From assembly GCA_964016885.1 (NCBI GenBank), contig OZ024748.1, forward strand, positions 48,298,001-48,362,000: a DNA stretch of 64,000 bases, given 5' to 3'. Shown piece by piece: positions 29,145-41,720 of this stretch. Every line of letters begins with the position of its first letter. Positions within the stretch are counted from its first letter, which is position 1. The translations under genes were made by a program, and so were the position numbers. Below the pieces are notes generated by a model. It did no database searches and had not been told where the DNA came from. It saw only the letters and a list, made by a program, of their open reading frames with translations. This DNA is from Eledone cirrhosa (Eukaryota).

Positions 29145-29586
29145 TGCAAAGGTTTTATTTTAAATTGTTGGGTTACAACAAGTAAATATTTTATAACTGA
29201 TATAAAGCACTCGACAAGTTTCTTTTATAACTGATATAAAGCACTCGACTTGTTTCTTTTTCACCTACTCCTATCTATTTATATATTTTTTTCTCTCTCC
29301 CCTCCCTCTCTCTCTCTCTCTGTTTTTTCTTTACCTCCGTTTCTTCTTTATCTCCGTCTTTTTTCTAACTGTGCTTAACACTATAACTAAATAATTCACT
29401 ATCCAGACAGCTTCCTAATATATTGGTCGCTTATAATATGGTACGTCAAAATTATTTATAAAACTGTTTATATATTGTATTTTATCTGACGAAGGCATGC
29501 CATATTTTTAATATGGTATCCCTGAAATATGTATAATGAAATAAATATGGTTTTATAAATATAGTTTCTATTTGTTTAATATCGTA
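29145..29586 (+). mobile_element. Penelope-like pLTR-derived short element carrying a hammerhead motif
   Basis: Homologous to 46988-47470 and 53173-53480, flanked by (TA)n, and contains a CTGACGA...GAAA core. Confidence 0.7.
29478..29543 (+). ncRNA. Putative minimal type-I hammerhead ribozyme
   Basis: Layout: stem I 5' strand TATTTTAT, CTGACGA, stem II hairpin AGG...CCT, GAAA, short stem III ATA-TG-TAT, UH=TA, then ATGAAATA (pairs with stem I 5' strand). Confidence 0.65.
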
Positions 29587-29748
29587 TATATATATATATA
29601 TATATATATTAGGTATAGAATTACCCAAGATGTAGTAATGGTTAATTACTACACTGGATATGGTTGACGTACGGTGAGAGGTTACTCTACGAGTTATGGA
29701 AGAATTGTTGAAGAAACTTAGTTCCTGATCCTTCTGTATTCTGGAGTG

Positions 29749-29809
29749 TATATAAAGAATGAATAATAACAGGTAGACATCATATGATGTTTACCTGTTA
29801 TTATTCATT

Positions 29810-29818
<9 letters not shown>
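29749..29818. repeat. 70-bp loopless palindrome at the end of a ~200-bp insert in (TA)n
   Basis: TATAAAGAATGAATAATAACAGGTAGACATCAT|ATGATGTTTACCTGTTATTATTCATTCTTTATA, with one G.T mismatch. Confidence 0.9.
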
Positions 29819-29847
<29 letters not shown>

Positions 29848-29850
<3 letters not shown>

Positions 29851-30385
29851 TAGAAGTAGTAACACAACAGTTAGTTCACCATACCGAGAACAATTGTTTC
29901 ACCGTGCGGATCTTCAGCTTGGGCCGATAATAGTTATACGGAACAGGAAAAGGAGAAACAACCATATGAATGAGCATGCGCAGAAACAGTCACTTCTCCC
30001 AAGCGATAAAAATCCACGGTCGAAAGGTGTAAGGGAGATAACTGTGAATGTCCGGAATAAATTGTTCGAGTTGATTAGAATATTAGAATGTTAATGTTAT
30101 TCAATCCAGAGCTTTGTAGTTATGCAAGAGGTGTTTCCAGACGTGTGGACAATGAGAGAAAAGTTCATTTCTTGAATTTAGGCAATCACTATTCCGTAAG
30201 CTTGATCCTTTCTTCAATACACAGTCCACAGTCCATGAATGGGCTGAGATTTAGGCTTATTAATGTTTTGTTGTGATGCGCCCTGATGTGTGTGTGGTTG
30301 TGATGTTGTTATGTGTTTGCGTTTTGTATTTGGTGCTATGGTGTTTGTTGGTAGGTTATTTTCTTTAGAGATTCTTTTGTAGTTG
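29848..30385 (-). mobile_element. Penelope-like element 3' fragment (GIY-YIG C-terminal region plus hammerhead motif)
   Basis: The minus strand encodes DCGLCIEERIKL ... CLNSRNEL ... CPHVWKHLL with frameshifts, matching the PLE endonuclease CxLC..E..I / LNxRxE / CxH pattern. A hammerhead core follows downstream. Confidence 0.75.
29884..29922 (-). ncRNA. Putative minimal hammerhead ribozyme
   Basis: The minus strand reads CCAAG-CTGAAGA-TCCGCACGGT-GAAA-CAATTG-TT-CTCGG, with the palindromic stem III typical of PLE hammerheads. Confidence 0.7.
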
Positions 30386-30433
30386 ATTTTATGTATGTGT
30401 GATTCTCTATGTTGGCTGCAGTATACATATATC

Positions 30434-30465
<32 letters not shown>

Positions 30466-30572
30466 CATATATACATATATACATATATATACATATATAC
30501 ATATATATAGATATATACATATATATACATGTGTGCGCATGTGTGCCTATAAAGTATGTGTGTGTATATATA

Positions 30573-30917
30573 TCATCATTTCATCATTTCATTTTACGTC
30601 TGCTTTTTCCCTGCTTGCAAGGGTGGGACGGGAACTGATGCTGGCTTGATTTCTACAGCTGGATGCCCTTCGTAACACCAACCTCATTTACAGTGAGTGC
30701 TGGGTGCTTTTTTGCTGTGGCACCTGCACGACCACTTTACAGTGGAATGATAAGGACCTCAGTCCCTATCATCTCATTTCTACAGCTGAGTAAACTGGAG
30801 CAATGTGAAATAAAGTGTCTTGCTCAAGGAAACAACACATCGCCCGGTCTGAGAATTGAACTCACAACCTTTCGATTGCAAGGCCAATGCTCTAACCACT
30901 AAGTCATGTACCTCCAT
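30573..30917 (-). mobile_element. Full-length tRNA-derived CORE-type SINE with RTE-derived body and tail
   Basis: Head has an A box (TGACTTAGTGG) and B box (GAGTTCAATTC). Then a CORE-like segment TCCTTGAGCAAGACACTT...CAGTTTACTCAGCTGTAGAAATG, and a tail that is near-identical to the 3' end of the RTE at 58762-58820. Confidence 0.9.
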
Positions 30918-31299
30918 TATATATATATATTCTAGCATGTTTATAATTTAACAAAATCTGAACTCATACACACACGATATGTGTGTGTATGTGTGTATAT
31001 GTGTGTGTGTGTATGTGTGTATGCATCTGTATGTATGCGTGTATGTGTGTACACATAGACATATACACAATATAAATTAAATTTAAAGCCTTTTCAACTA
31101 TAGGTTACATTTTAATTGGTGGTGGGGTTGGGGTGGTAATGTTTGGTGATAGGGGGTGTTGGGGAGTGGGGGTAATGGTGGTAATGGTTGGTGGGATGGG
31201 GTGGTAAGGGTTGGTGGTGGGTGGTAGATACAAAATTTGAAGTTATCTACAAAGTAAGTCTTTCAGCTGAATAGAAGAACCCGTACATTCACAGAAATG

Positions 31300-32475
31300 T
31301 AATGATGATGATTGTGATAATAATGAGAGTAGTGGTGATGATTGTAGTGGTGGTAGTAGTGGTGATGGTAGTGGTGGTGATGATGGTGGTAGTGGTGATG
31401 ATTGTAGTGGTGGTAGTAGTGGTGATGGTGGTTGTGGTGGTGGTAGTGGTGGTGGTTGTGGTGGTGGTAGTGGTGGTGGTAGTGGTGGTGGTAGTGGTGG
31501 TGGTAGTGGTGGTGATGATGGTGGTGGTTGTGGTGGTGGTAGTAGTGGTGATGGTGGTTGTGGTGGTGGTAGTGGTGGTGGTAGTGGTGGTGGTAGTGGT
31601 GGTGGTAGTGGTGGTGGTAGTGGTGGTGGTAGTGGTGGTGGTTGTGGTGGTGGTAGTAGTGGTGGTAGTGGTGGTGGTAATGATGATTGTAGTGGTGGTG
31701 GTGATTGTAGTGGTGGTGGTTGTGGTGGTGGTAGTAGTGGTGATGGTGGTAGTGGTGGTGGTAGTGGTGGTGGTAATGATGATTGTAGTGATGGGGGGGG
31801 GGGTGATTGTAGTTGTGGTGGTGGTAATGATGATGATGGTGGTGATGATGGTAATGATGATGATGATGATCGTGGTAATGGTAATGATAGTGGTGATTGT
31901 GGTGATGGTAATGATGATGATTGTGGGGATGATGGTGATGATGGTGAAGGTGGTAATGGTGGTAATGATGGTGATGGTGGTAATGGTAATGATGGTGATG
32001 ATGGTAATGATGATGATGGTGGTGATGGTGGTAATGATGATGATGGTGGTGATGGTAATGATGGTGATGGTGGTGATGGTGGTAATGATGATGATGGTGG
32101 TGATGGTGGTAATGATGGTGATGATGGTGATGGTGGTAATGATGATGATGGTAGTGATGGTAATGATGGTGATGGTGGTGATGGTGGTAATGATGATGAT
32201 GGTGGTGATGGTGGTAATGATGATGATGGTAGTGATGGTAATGATGGTGATGGTGGTAATGGTGGTGATGGTGGTAATGATGATGATGGTGGTGATGGTG
32301 GTAATGATGATGATGGTGGTGATGATGGTAATGATGATGATGGTGGTGATGGTGGTGATGGTGGTAATGGTGGTGATGGTGATGATGGTAATGGTGGTAA
32401 TGATGGTGATGATGGTAATGGTGGTGATGGTGGTAATGATGATGATGGTGGTGATGGTGGTAATGATGATGATTG
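31300..32475. repeat. (GTG/GAT/GTA)n trinucleotide low-complexity array
   Basis: Direct reading. Confidence 0.95.
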
Positions 32476-32931
32476 TGCAGTTGGTGAAAACTCAGTAAAA
32501 CATTGACTCGAATATAAGCTGCCTATCAGGAATAAGTGGGCAAAGAAGAAAAAGAAGAGAAAATAAATTGACTTTATTCATCATAAAATTAATCAAAATT
32601 GTAAATTTTTTAAGAAAAGTGTTGCCATTATTGGTGTAGAAGCGATCACCACTTTATTTACATTTGTGGAGATGTTTGCAGTTCAATTTAAGAGCCACTA
32701 CAGCACTAAAACTCCAGTAGCCTGGTAACCCAAACTAACTTTTGACCTTATAAGATGCAGGGTGATTTTCTGGGACATTTTTTTCTAAGAAAAAAAGGTG
32801 TTTTATAAATCATCAAATAGAATACTTTAATGCAGTGGTCGCCAACATGGGTTCCGCGGAACCTTGGGGTTCCGTAAAACAAACTCCGGGTTCCTTAAAA
32901 AAATAAATATTTACATTACCATTAATATTTT

Positions 32932-33958
32932 GGGTTTTCTGAAAAAGGTGCAAAGAAAATGCCAAAGGTGCAATGTATAAATGAACGAGTACTATTGTAG
33001 TGTACACAGGTTCTCCACTCCAATTCGTGGAAAACACTACTTTCAGTTTCTCACTTGAATTAGCAGAAAAACACTGTTCTGAGATTCGTGGAAATTGAAT
33101 ATTTTCAATTTCACATCAATTCTTGGAAAGACATAGTTTTCTGAATTCCGAGGATTTGACTACTACTGATAATACACTAATTGAACTTAGAAATTGACCA
33201 ATCACGAACAAGTAAATGTTGGTCGATGACAGCATAACTTTAAACTGAAAACTTCAGTTCAGCGAGGTCTCTCAGCCGAGAGACAGGGTCAGTTCGCTGT
33301 TCTCACAACGTAAGTTCAGTAGAATGTTTTCAATAGAGAACACGTTTTAATCTGCTGTCCTCACAAAAGCTTTAAAGTCGCCTAAAGTTTCCTCACAGAG
33401 TGAACTCACTTACTAGTCGTTTTCAACATGCATCCAGTTCCACAGACAATTCTAAATAAGAACACGTTACATTCTGTTGTACTTTGTACAGAAAATATAA
33501 CGCCTATAAAGTTTCGACTACTAACAAAGGTAATTTTGCATTCCATGCATACACTATAAACTTTGCCACACAATTATGTATTCATTTGATGACATCTGCA
33601 TTCACAATTGAGAAATTACTTCATACAATAAATATATATGTCCACAAGCATTTGGCTAAACTTTATTTGTTCCAATCTAATATATGTTTAACACAGCCTA
33701 AAGCCTTCTTATATTATATCTAACTTTCAGTCAAAATAGATAGATGATATCTGAATTAATTTCCAGTACCATCGTCACATCTTCTACACTATCAGCTGAT
33801 TTGCATTTTTTGCACCTTTTAGTATGGCGGATATTTAAATATATTTACATTACCAATAATATTTAATACGACCCTAAAGTAGTATATGCAGGAAGTGCTG
33901 GACTCTAAAAAAAATGTCTTCTAGTTGTTTATAAATTTGCACCTTTTTCAGTAACCCC
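32932..33958. mobile_element. Non-autonomous Mutator-like (MULE) element nested in the hAT
   Basis: TIRs GGGTTTTCTGAAAAAGGTGCAAA / TTTGCACCTTTTTCAGTAACCCC, with a 9-bp TSD TAATATTTT (32923-32931 and 33959-33967). Confidence 0.8.
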
Positions 33959-34017
33959 TAATATTTTAATATTATTATAAGACTTTGACTTTGTTATAAG
34001 ACTTTAATATTATTATA

Positions 34018-34120
34018 AGAGGTTGACTTTGCCTTTCATCCTTACGGGGTCGATAAAATAAAGTACCAGTAATGAACTGGGTAATTGCTGGCCTTGTGCC
34101 TAAAGTAGAAACAATTATTA
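34018..34120 (+). mobile_element. 5'-truncated tRNA-SINE of a second family, inside the hAT
   Basis: GGTTGACTTTGCCTTTCATCC...GATAAAATAAAGTACCAG...AAAGTAGAAAC matches 39255-39355. It is flanked by ATTATTATAAGA repeats. Confidence 0.85.
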
Positions 34121-34326
34121 TAAGACTTTAAATAATATGTTTGCCATCCTAAAATGGAGAAATTTCAATTTTTAAAAGTTTAAATTTTTTTTTAACTAGT
34201 TAAGTTTTTCCAAATATCTAAAATTAAAGTTAATTTAAGTACTTTTTGTAATTAAAAAAAACTGTTAATTTCTCTTGTTTATTAATGTCATATTAAAAAG
34301 TTTAACTGTAGATAAACAACATTGAT

Positions 34327-36217
34327 ATGATGTCTACTGCAAAGAAGCTGAAGTTAGATACCAGCAGTAAGGTTAGACAGTGGTGTGATGATTATGTTAG
34401 ATATGGATTTCAAAAAGCTGATACTAAAAAAGATACACCAGATGAGCCCATGTGTTTGCTATGTTCAAAAGTTCTATCAAATAGCTGTTTAAATCCTGCA
34501 AAACTTAAAAGACACCTTGATACTAATCACACCAATGATAAAAACAAGTCACTTTACTTCGCTGAAAAACAACATCAAAAAGTCACAAGCTAATATGTAT
34601 GACTTGTTTTGTAAAAAGTCAGATAGAAATAAAGCTTTAACAAGAACATCTTTTTAGATTTCACATTTGATTAGTAAAAACAAGAAACCATTTACATTAG
34701 GAGAACAGTTAATTCTGCCAAGTATAAAAATTGCTACAGAGTATCTCTTTGAAAGATGCAGTATTAAGGACAAAGAAAAATTAAGCTAGTTACCATTGTC
34801 AGCAAATACCATTAAAAGAAGGATAATTGATATTTCTTCTGATATAGAAAATCAGATACTAACTGCACTAAAGAAAAGCACATGTTTTGGTCTGCAAGTG
34901 GACGAAACTACGGATATTAATAACAAGGCTCAATTAATTTGCTATGTACGGTTTGTAGACCTTGATAAAAAAGAATTAGTAGAAGAGTATTTGTTTTGTC
35001 TGGTATTAGACATCACAACTAAAGGTCAAGATATATTCAATAAAATTGAAGAGTATTTTTTAACAAATGGTGTATCTTGGAGCAAGTTGACTTCAATAAC
35101 AACAGATGGAGCAGCTGCAATGACTGGTAAAAATTCTGGTTTGATTGCAAAAATTAAAGAATAGACCCCAAATTGTATTTCAAATCATTGTATGATTCAT
35201 CGAGAGGTTTTGTGTTAAAAAAAATTCAAAGACAGAGATGCTCAAATATTAAATGACCAGCTGAAAGACATTGTCAAAATTATCAATTTGATCCATGCAA
35301 GAGCAAAAAATTCTAGAATGTTTGAATCTATTTGTGAATCTTCGGGAAGTAATTATAATAGATTGTTATTGAACAATGATGTGCGTTGGCTGTCTTTTGG
35401 GGATGCTATGAAGAGAGTTTTTGAACTGAGAAAAGAAATAATAGTTTTTCAAAAAAAACAGAATGATGAAAGAGCAAGTGTATTATAAACCAATGAATGG
35501 AATGTGCAACTCGCTTATTTAGTAGACATTTTTGGTGAACTGAACAAACTAAATAAGTGTCTTCAGGGTAACAATGCAGATATTTTTACTTCAATCAATT
35601 TTATTACATATTTTCAATCAAAATTAAACATCTTTATAAAAAGAATTGAATCGGACAATTACTCATTACTTTCAAACCTTGAAATAGAGCTTAAAAAGAG
35701 AGAAGATTTTGACTCCAGCAATCTAAAGAAGATTATTCTTTCTCATTTAAATGTGCTTTCCACAAGTTTTTCAGATTATTTTGACTTGATGGAAAAAGAT
35801 ATTGTTAGCGGAAATTTATGGATAAAAAACCCGTTCACCGAGATCGAGCAGTTAGTGTCAGAAAATGATGCTGGAAATTGTAAAAATTTACTACCTGCAG
35901 AATGCTTACATCAGTTGATGGATTTGAATTCAAACGAAGACCTGAAAGTGATATTCGAAAGCAGAAAGAAAGAACTATGGATCGACTTATTCTTGATTGG
36001 GGAGTTTAATAAAATCAGCCAACTTGCATTGAAATATTTGACTTTATTCCCATCTAGCTACTTGTGCGAAAAAGGGTTTTCGCAGTTGGTAGAAATCTGC
36101 ACAAAGAAGAGGAATAAACTGTCAGCAATTGACGAGTGTATGAGACTGGCATTAACTAGTGTTGAACCTCGATTTTCTAAACTCACTGATGAGGCGCAGC
36201 AGCAGAAAAGCCACTAG
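34327..36217 (+). pseudogene. hAT (Buster/ZBED5-SCAND3-like) transposase, disrupted
   Basis: Motifs: BED finger (PMCLLC...LKRHLDTNH), LQVDETTD, TTDGAAAM, HCMIH, NDVRW and SSYLCEKGFS. The frame is broken by frameshifts and stops. Confidence 0.93.
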
Positions 36218-36459
36218 TTAATTGTATTCGATTACATACACACGCATGAAACATTAAAATAAATAAATACTTTATTATTTTTTTTTTGAAAAGTTTTGTA
36301 TTGTATAGATTCCGTGAAGAATTCAAAATATTTAGAGGGTTCCTCGGTTTTAGAAAGGTTGGCGACCACTGCTTTAATGTATCAGAGTTCATACCTTGCC
36401 TAGGTCAAGTTCACTTTCTATTTCCATATTTTCAAGGTTGACATAATAAAGTACAGGTT

Positions 36460-36682
36460 CATGGTAGTGGTGGTGATAGTGGTGGTTGTTGTGGTGACGG
36501 TGATGGTGGTTGTGGTGGTGGTGGTGGTTGTGATGGCGGTGTTAGTTGTTGTGGTGGTCATGGTCGTGGTGATGGTGGTGGTAATGGTTGTTGTTGTTTT
36601 TGTGGTGGTGGTGGTTATGGTGTTGGCGATGGTGGTGGTGGTCGTCGTCGTCGTCAAGGTGTTGGCGATGGTGGTGGTGGTG
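36460..36682. repeat. (GTG/GTT)n low-complexity repeat
   Basis: Direct reading. Confidence 0.9.
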
Positions 36683-37148
36683 TTAGACTTGTTCAAACAT
36701 TAACGAGCTGTATCAAGGTATTCTTTAATTATAAGTTATTTCTTATTTACATATTCAAGACCTATTAGCAAGATGTGGTCACCAGACATGTCTGACAGCC
36801 TGTCTAACCCAGGCAAACATGGGAAATAGATGTTAAACTGAGAGATATATAAACAAAGTGTCATCTCGAAATTCGAGTTGAAGTGTGAATATATTAGAAT
36901 TTATAGAATAATGAGAAACTCGACACAAAGAAAACTGCCAAAACAGTAAAATGTCATCAATGATGACGTTGGGTAAAATCTTACCTCAAAGGACAGGAAT
37001 AAATGGCTGGACGTGTGTTGGCCCGGAGAAGTGGTAGAGACGAACAGAGGGAGAAGATGGAAGATTGGAAATGAACAAAGACAAAAACACAGAACATCAT
37101 GTTACGTCATCAGCTTTTGTACCAGCATGCAGTTTCACACAATTTAAT

Positions 37149-37204
<56 letters not shown>

Positions 37205-37483
37205 AACAAAATATAGTTTCACGTGAGGTTTTTATTGGTTAGGGTCAGCTACGAATGTTTCACAGATGGGTGGTTCAGGACCCATAATGGTGTTATAGAC
37301 ATGACTCCAGCCCTAATCTGTTTGCTTATCAGACTTGTTAATCAAGCAAAACCAGAATATATATATACACATATATATAGAGAGAGACATACATACACAT
37401 GCATATATATACATACATGTGTGCCCATACATTATTGGTAAATGTCTCTACTCTGGTGTAGATATAACATGTGTGTGTGTGTA

Positions 37484-38630
37484 CACTCAAGAGGTTTTGA
37501 GACTTTTATCAGCGAGACATTTATTTAACTCAGATAAACACACAACTCTAGTCTCCCTCAAAGTAGGATCCTCTAACTTCAATGAACTTGTAGTAGAGCT
37601 CAAGCCACATCTGGAAGGCCCCCTTATAGTCCTGCAAACAGAAGGTGTCCAGGGCACTTCTCACAGCCTCCTTTATCTCCTCCACATCCTCAAAACGGAT
37701 ACCCCTGAGCTTCTCCTTCAACTTGGGGAGCATCCAGAAGTCACATGGGGCTAAGTCTGGACTGTAGGGAGGAGGATGGACAGTCTTGATCGCCCTATCA
37801 GTTCAGGTGCCACTGACCAGGCTTAAAGAGTTCTGGTCTCTTGAAACAAAATTTCTTTCTGAACTGCCTCAAAACCTCTACATAGTACTCTTTGTTGACT
37901 GTCTGGTCATTGGGATCATCATGAGCTTCCCAGTGGACCTGCTTTTCCTGGCCTTCTTGGGTCTGGGATAGTCAGAATGTTTCCATGGAGCACTCTGTCT
38001 CTTGGTCTCTGAATCATAACAGTAGACCCAGCTCTGGTTACCAGAGACTCAAGGACTCTTGGATTTGAAGCTATCCACTTCCTGCAGTCATCAATGCACC
38101 TCTGCCTTTGATCTTCATTGAGCATCCTGGGAACAAACTTTGCACAAACTTTGTGCATGTTCAGATCATCATGAATGACTCTGCGCACAGTGCCCTCAGG
38201 CACATCAAATTGGGGTCCCAATGTTCCTCACCTTGCCACACCTCTCGTTGTCCCTCAGCTGCTCCCTACCCTCCTGGAACCTCTTGTGCCAGCAGAAAAC
38301 AGTCGTCCTGCTCATAAAAGTTAGTCCATAAGCAGTTTTGACCATTTCATAGGTTTCTGCAGCATTTTTGCCAAACATGACACAAACTTTTATTGCATAT
38401 CGAGCTTCCAAATTGTCCCCATTCCTAAGTGTATTGTGGAGCCAGTTAGCTGTGACAAGACGTGTATGATAGGCAGTGTTTAAAGTACCGTAGTGGCCCA
38501 AACTTTCAACCCAGAAAAAAAGATTTGTCATGGTAGCTTATTATAACCATATCAAGGATGTATTAGAGTGACAGTTACATAGGTCAATTGAAAGTGCCTG
38601 GAAAGAAAAGTTCTCAAATCTTCTTGAGTG
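37484..38630 (-). mobile_element. Decayed mariner transposon
   Basis: Imperfect TIRs CACTCAAGAGGTTTTGAGACTTTT / AAAAGTTCTCAAATCTTCTTGAGTG with TA on both sides. Minus-strand motifs: RYAIKVC...AETYEMVK...WHKRF, CAKFVPRML, WVYCYDSETKRQS and PYSPDLAPCDFW. Confidence 0.92.
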
Positions 38631-38935
38631 TACCTTATTTATATCTGTTGTTTTTGTTTTAGTTTATAACGGCTTTTTTCTTGTAATGTTCGGGATAGCT
38701 GCATTTGTTGAATTCCAGGCCCATGTTTGGTCATTCTATATGCTTCTTTGTGTCTTTGCTTGTTCGTCCATAGATTTGATGTGATTTTTGTTGCGTTAAC
38801 ACTGGTCTAGGGATCAGGCAAACTTGGAGTCTGGTCTGAGATGCCAACCCAGATCACGAGCCGACTGCTTCAGAAACATTTGTAACCAGGATTGAACAAT
38901 AAATCTATGTAACTCCTCCACTTTGTTCTTATTAT

Positions 38936-38981
<46 letters not shown>

Positions 38982-39164
38982 GAGTATACATATATATATA
39001 TACACCTACACATACATATGCACACACACCCATTGCTACAAATCTTTAGTCTATTCTGGAGTTCAGACTTTTTCAATATGACACATCAAAGAGAGCAAAT
39101 CATAAAAAAATACAATGACACAGAATTACCACTTTCTATTTCTGTATAGTTTCCTATCATTATT

Positions 39165-39357
39165 CGGTGGATTGGCAGTATCGGTAGAGGGGTCGGACGC
39201 CATGCTTTGACGCATAGAGTTACGGCCCTTGCCATTCTGAGTTCAAATCCCGCCAAGGTTAACTTTGCCTTTCATCCTTACGGGGGTTGATAAAATAAAG
39301 TACCAGTAATGCACTGGGATAATTGCTGGCCTTGTGCCAAAAGTAGAAACAATTATT
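39165..39357 (+). mobile_element. tRNA-derived SINE, second family (Meta/MESC-like central domain)
   Basis: A-box-like TGGCAGTATCGG, B box GAGTTCAAATCC, and central ACTTTGCCTTTCATCC...GATAAAATAAAGTACCAG. Further copies lie at 62488 and 62922. The domain name is from memory and unverified. Confidence 0.8.
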
Positions 39358-39639
39358 ACTACAACAACAACAACTACTACTACTATAACTACTACTACTG
39401 CTACTACTACTATTATTCTTACTATTTATTATTGTCGTTATTATTGATATTATTGTTGTTGTTAATGTCATTGTTATGGCTGTTGTTTTAGGAATAAATT
39501 GATAATTGATAAGAGGAATCACTAAAACTTGTATTGTGAAATATAATAGGAAAACCCTTGACAAAGTCTGTATTAGTAGAGTCTTGATATTGATGTTGTT
39601 GTTGTTAGTGTTTTTCTTATAATTTCTTGTTGAAAGCAC

Positions 39640-39797
39640 ATTTCTTATATATATATATATATATAAACACACACAAATATATATATATATATATATACAC
39701 ACACATATATACACACACACATTTACATATACATGCATATACATATATATATATACACACACATATATATGTATACATAAACACACACACATATATA

Positions 39798-39841
<44 letters not shown>

Positions 39842-40049
39842 TTTACATATACATATATATATACACACACATATCACATATATATGTATACATAAACACA
39901 CACACATATATATTTATATATATATATATACACACACACAGATTTACATATACATGCATATACATATATATACACACATATATATGTATACATAAACACA
40001 CACACATATATTTATATATATATATATATATATATGTGTGTATATATAG

Positions 40050-40092
<43 letters not shown>

Positions 40093-40264
40093 TACCTATA
40101 TATACACACACATACCTATATATATACATATACATATATATACACATACATATATATACATACATGCATATACATATGTATATATACATAAGACATATAC
40201 ACACTCACATACATAAAAATAAATCACCTATACACACACACGCATGTAGACACATACACACACA

Positions 40265-40317
<53 letters not shown>

Positions 40318-40423
40318 ACACACACACACTCATTTAACACACACGTGATAACAATCATACACACTCACATACATAGAAACTACAGAAAAGCCCCACATGC
40401 CAAAAAAGAACTAAAACCTCACA

Positions 40424-40469
<46 letters not shown>

Positions 40470-40515
40470 CCAGTGTGCACACTTCACTTTATAAGACTCT
40501 GGGGCACCCACGTGG

Positions 40516-40587
<72 letters not shown>

Positions 40588-40644
40588 ACACACACATGCC
40601 AGTGTGCACACTTCACTTTATAAGACTCTGGGGCACCCACGTGG

Positions 40645-40680
<36 letters not shown>
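39640..40680. repeat. (TA)/(CA) microsatellites with a duplicated ~55-bp unique core (40467 and 40596)
   Basis: ATGCCAGTGTGCACACTTCACTTTATAAGACTCTGGGGCACCCACGTGGCCAC occurs twice, separated by (CA)n. Confidence 0.9.
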
Positions 40681-40850
40681 TGAAGCCACACACATCTACC
40701 AATTTCTTCCCTTTAACACACACAACCACACTCATGCCACCTACGTACCCTCCACCCCCCAGTCTCGAGCTTTCATCCAGCTCCCCTATCACACTTTTTT
40801 CTAACTTCCTTCCCACACTACTCATACATCTACCTGTTCTCCCTTTATGT

Positions 40851-40895
40851 GGACTTGCCTGATGAAGGAGTTCAGTCTGAAACGTTAAAACCTTC
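40851..40895 (+). ncRNA. Degenerate minimal hammerhead motif in a probable PLE remnant
   Basis: CTGATGA-AGGAGTTCAGTCT-GAAA-CG-TTA; stem I pairs poorly. Confidence 0.4.
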
Positions 40896-40961
40896 CTCCA
40901 AGCGTGAACCTCATATAACTATGTAATTTTGCCTCCTGCGTTTTGTTTGTTTCATGTATTA

Positions 40962-41025
<64 letters not shown>

Positions 41026-41688
41026 CAGACAGACAGACAGACATAAATGATAAGATGTCATTGAAAGGTAATAAATTAACTTGGGGGGTCAGAGTATTAG
41101 TTTTTATCTTAAGAGAAATCTACAATAAGGACTAGTGGGGCACTGGGATATGTTAGTAACTGCTTAAGTATAAATCTTGAGAATCTGGACTTCTCAGAAA
41201 CAGAAAGATCACGACTAGTTAGGAAATTACAAGTACAATCCATTAATGGAACAATAAAAATATGTAAAACATTCCAAAAATTCTGCATCTAATAACTCCA
41301 TATAAACATGTATAGATACAAACCATACACACATGCACACATATAACTCAAAACATCCACATCCACACATACAATAACATCCATACTTACACATGCATGC
41401 ATGCATGCAGACATGCATACATATCTACCTAGTTGATGTCTAAATTCCAATGAGAGAGTCTTGTGTCTATGTTAGAAACCAACTCTCTCTCTCTATTGGT
41501 AAACATTTATAAAATTATAAAACCAGAAGAACACACATACTTACATACATACATAAATAAGTACACACGCGCACACACACACACATATATACATGTTCAA
41601 ATCAAATTATTCAAGATACATATCATCATTTGTTTGGTTCATTATATTTAGGAGTGTTATTGTTGTTGTCACTGTTGCTGTGCTTCTT

Positions 41689-41720
<32 letters not shown>

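Larger units (their letters stand above)
32833..36371 (+). mobile_element. Buster/Charlie-type hAT DNA transposon, both ends intact
   Basis: Perfect 14-bp TIR CAGTGGTCGCCAAC. The 8-bp TSD CTTTAATG (32825-32832 and 36372-36379) has the central TA typical of Buster elements. Subterminal GGGTTCC repeats are present. Confidence 0.96.

Noticed and set aside
30840-30917. tRNA gene
   Set aside because: The A/B boxes are the head of a multi-copy SINE, and a full cloverleaf is not supported. The same applies at 47815-47890, 39165 and 62922.
31302-32498. 398-aa Val/Met ORF
   Set aside because: It is a trinucleotide microsatellite.
32492-32822. Possible pogo/Tigger-like MITE (ACTCGAATATAAG start)
   Set aside because: The right-hand TIR is too degenerate to confirm.
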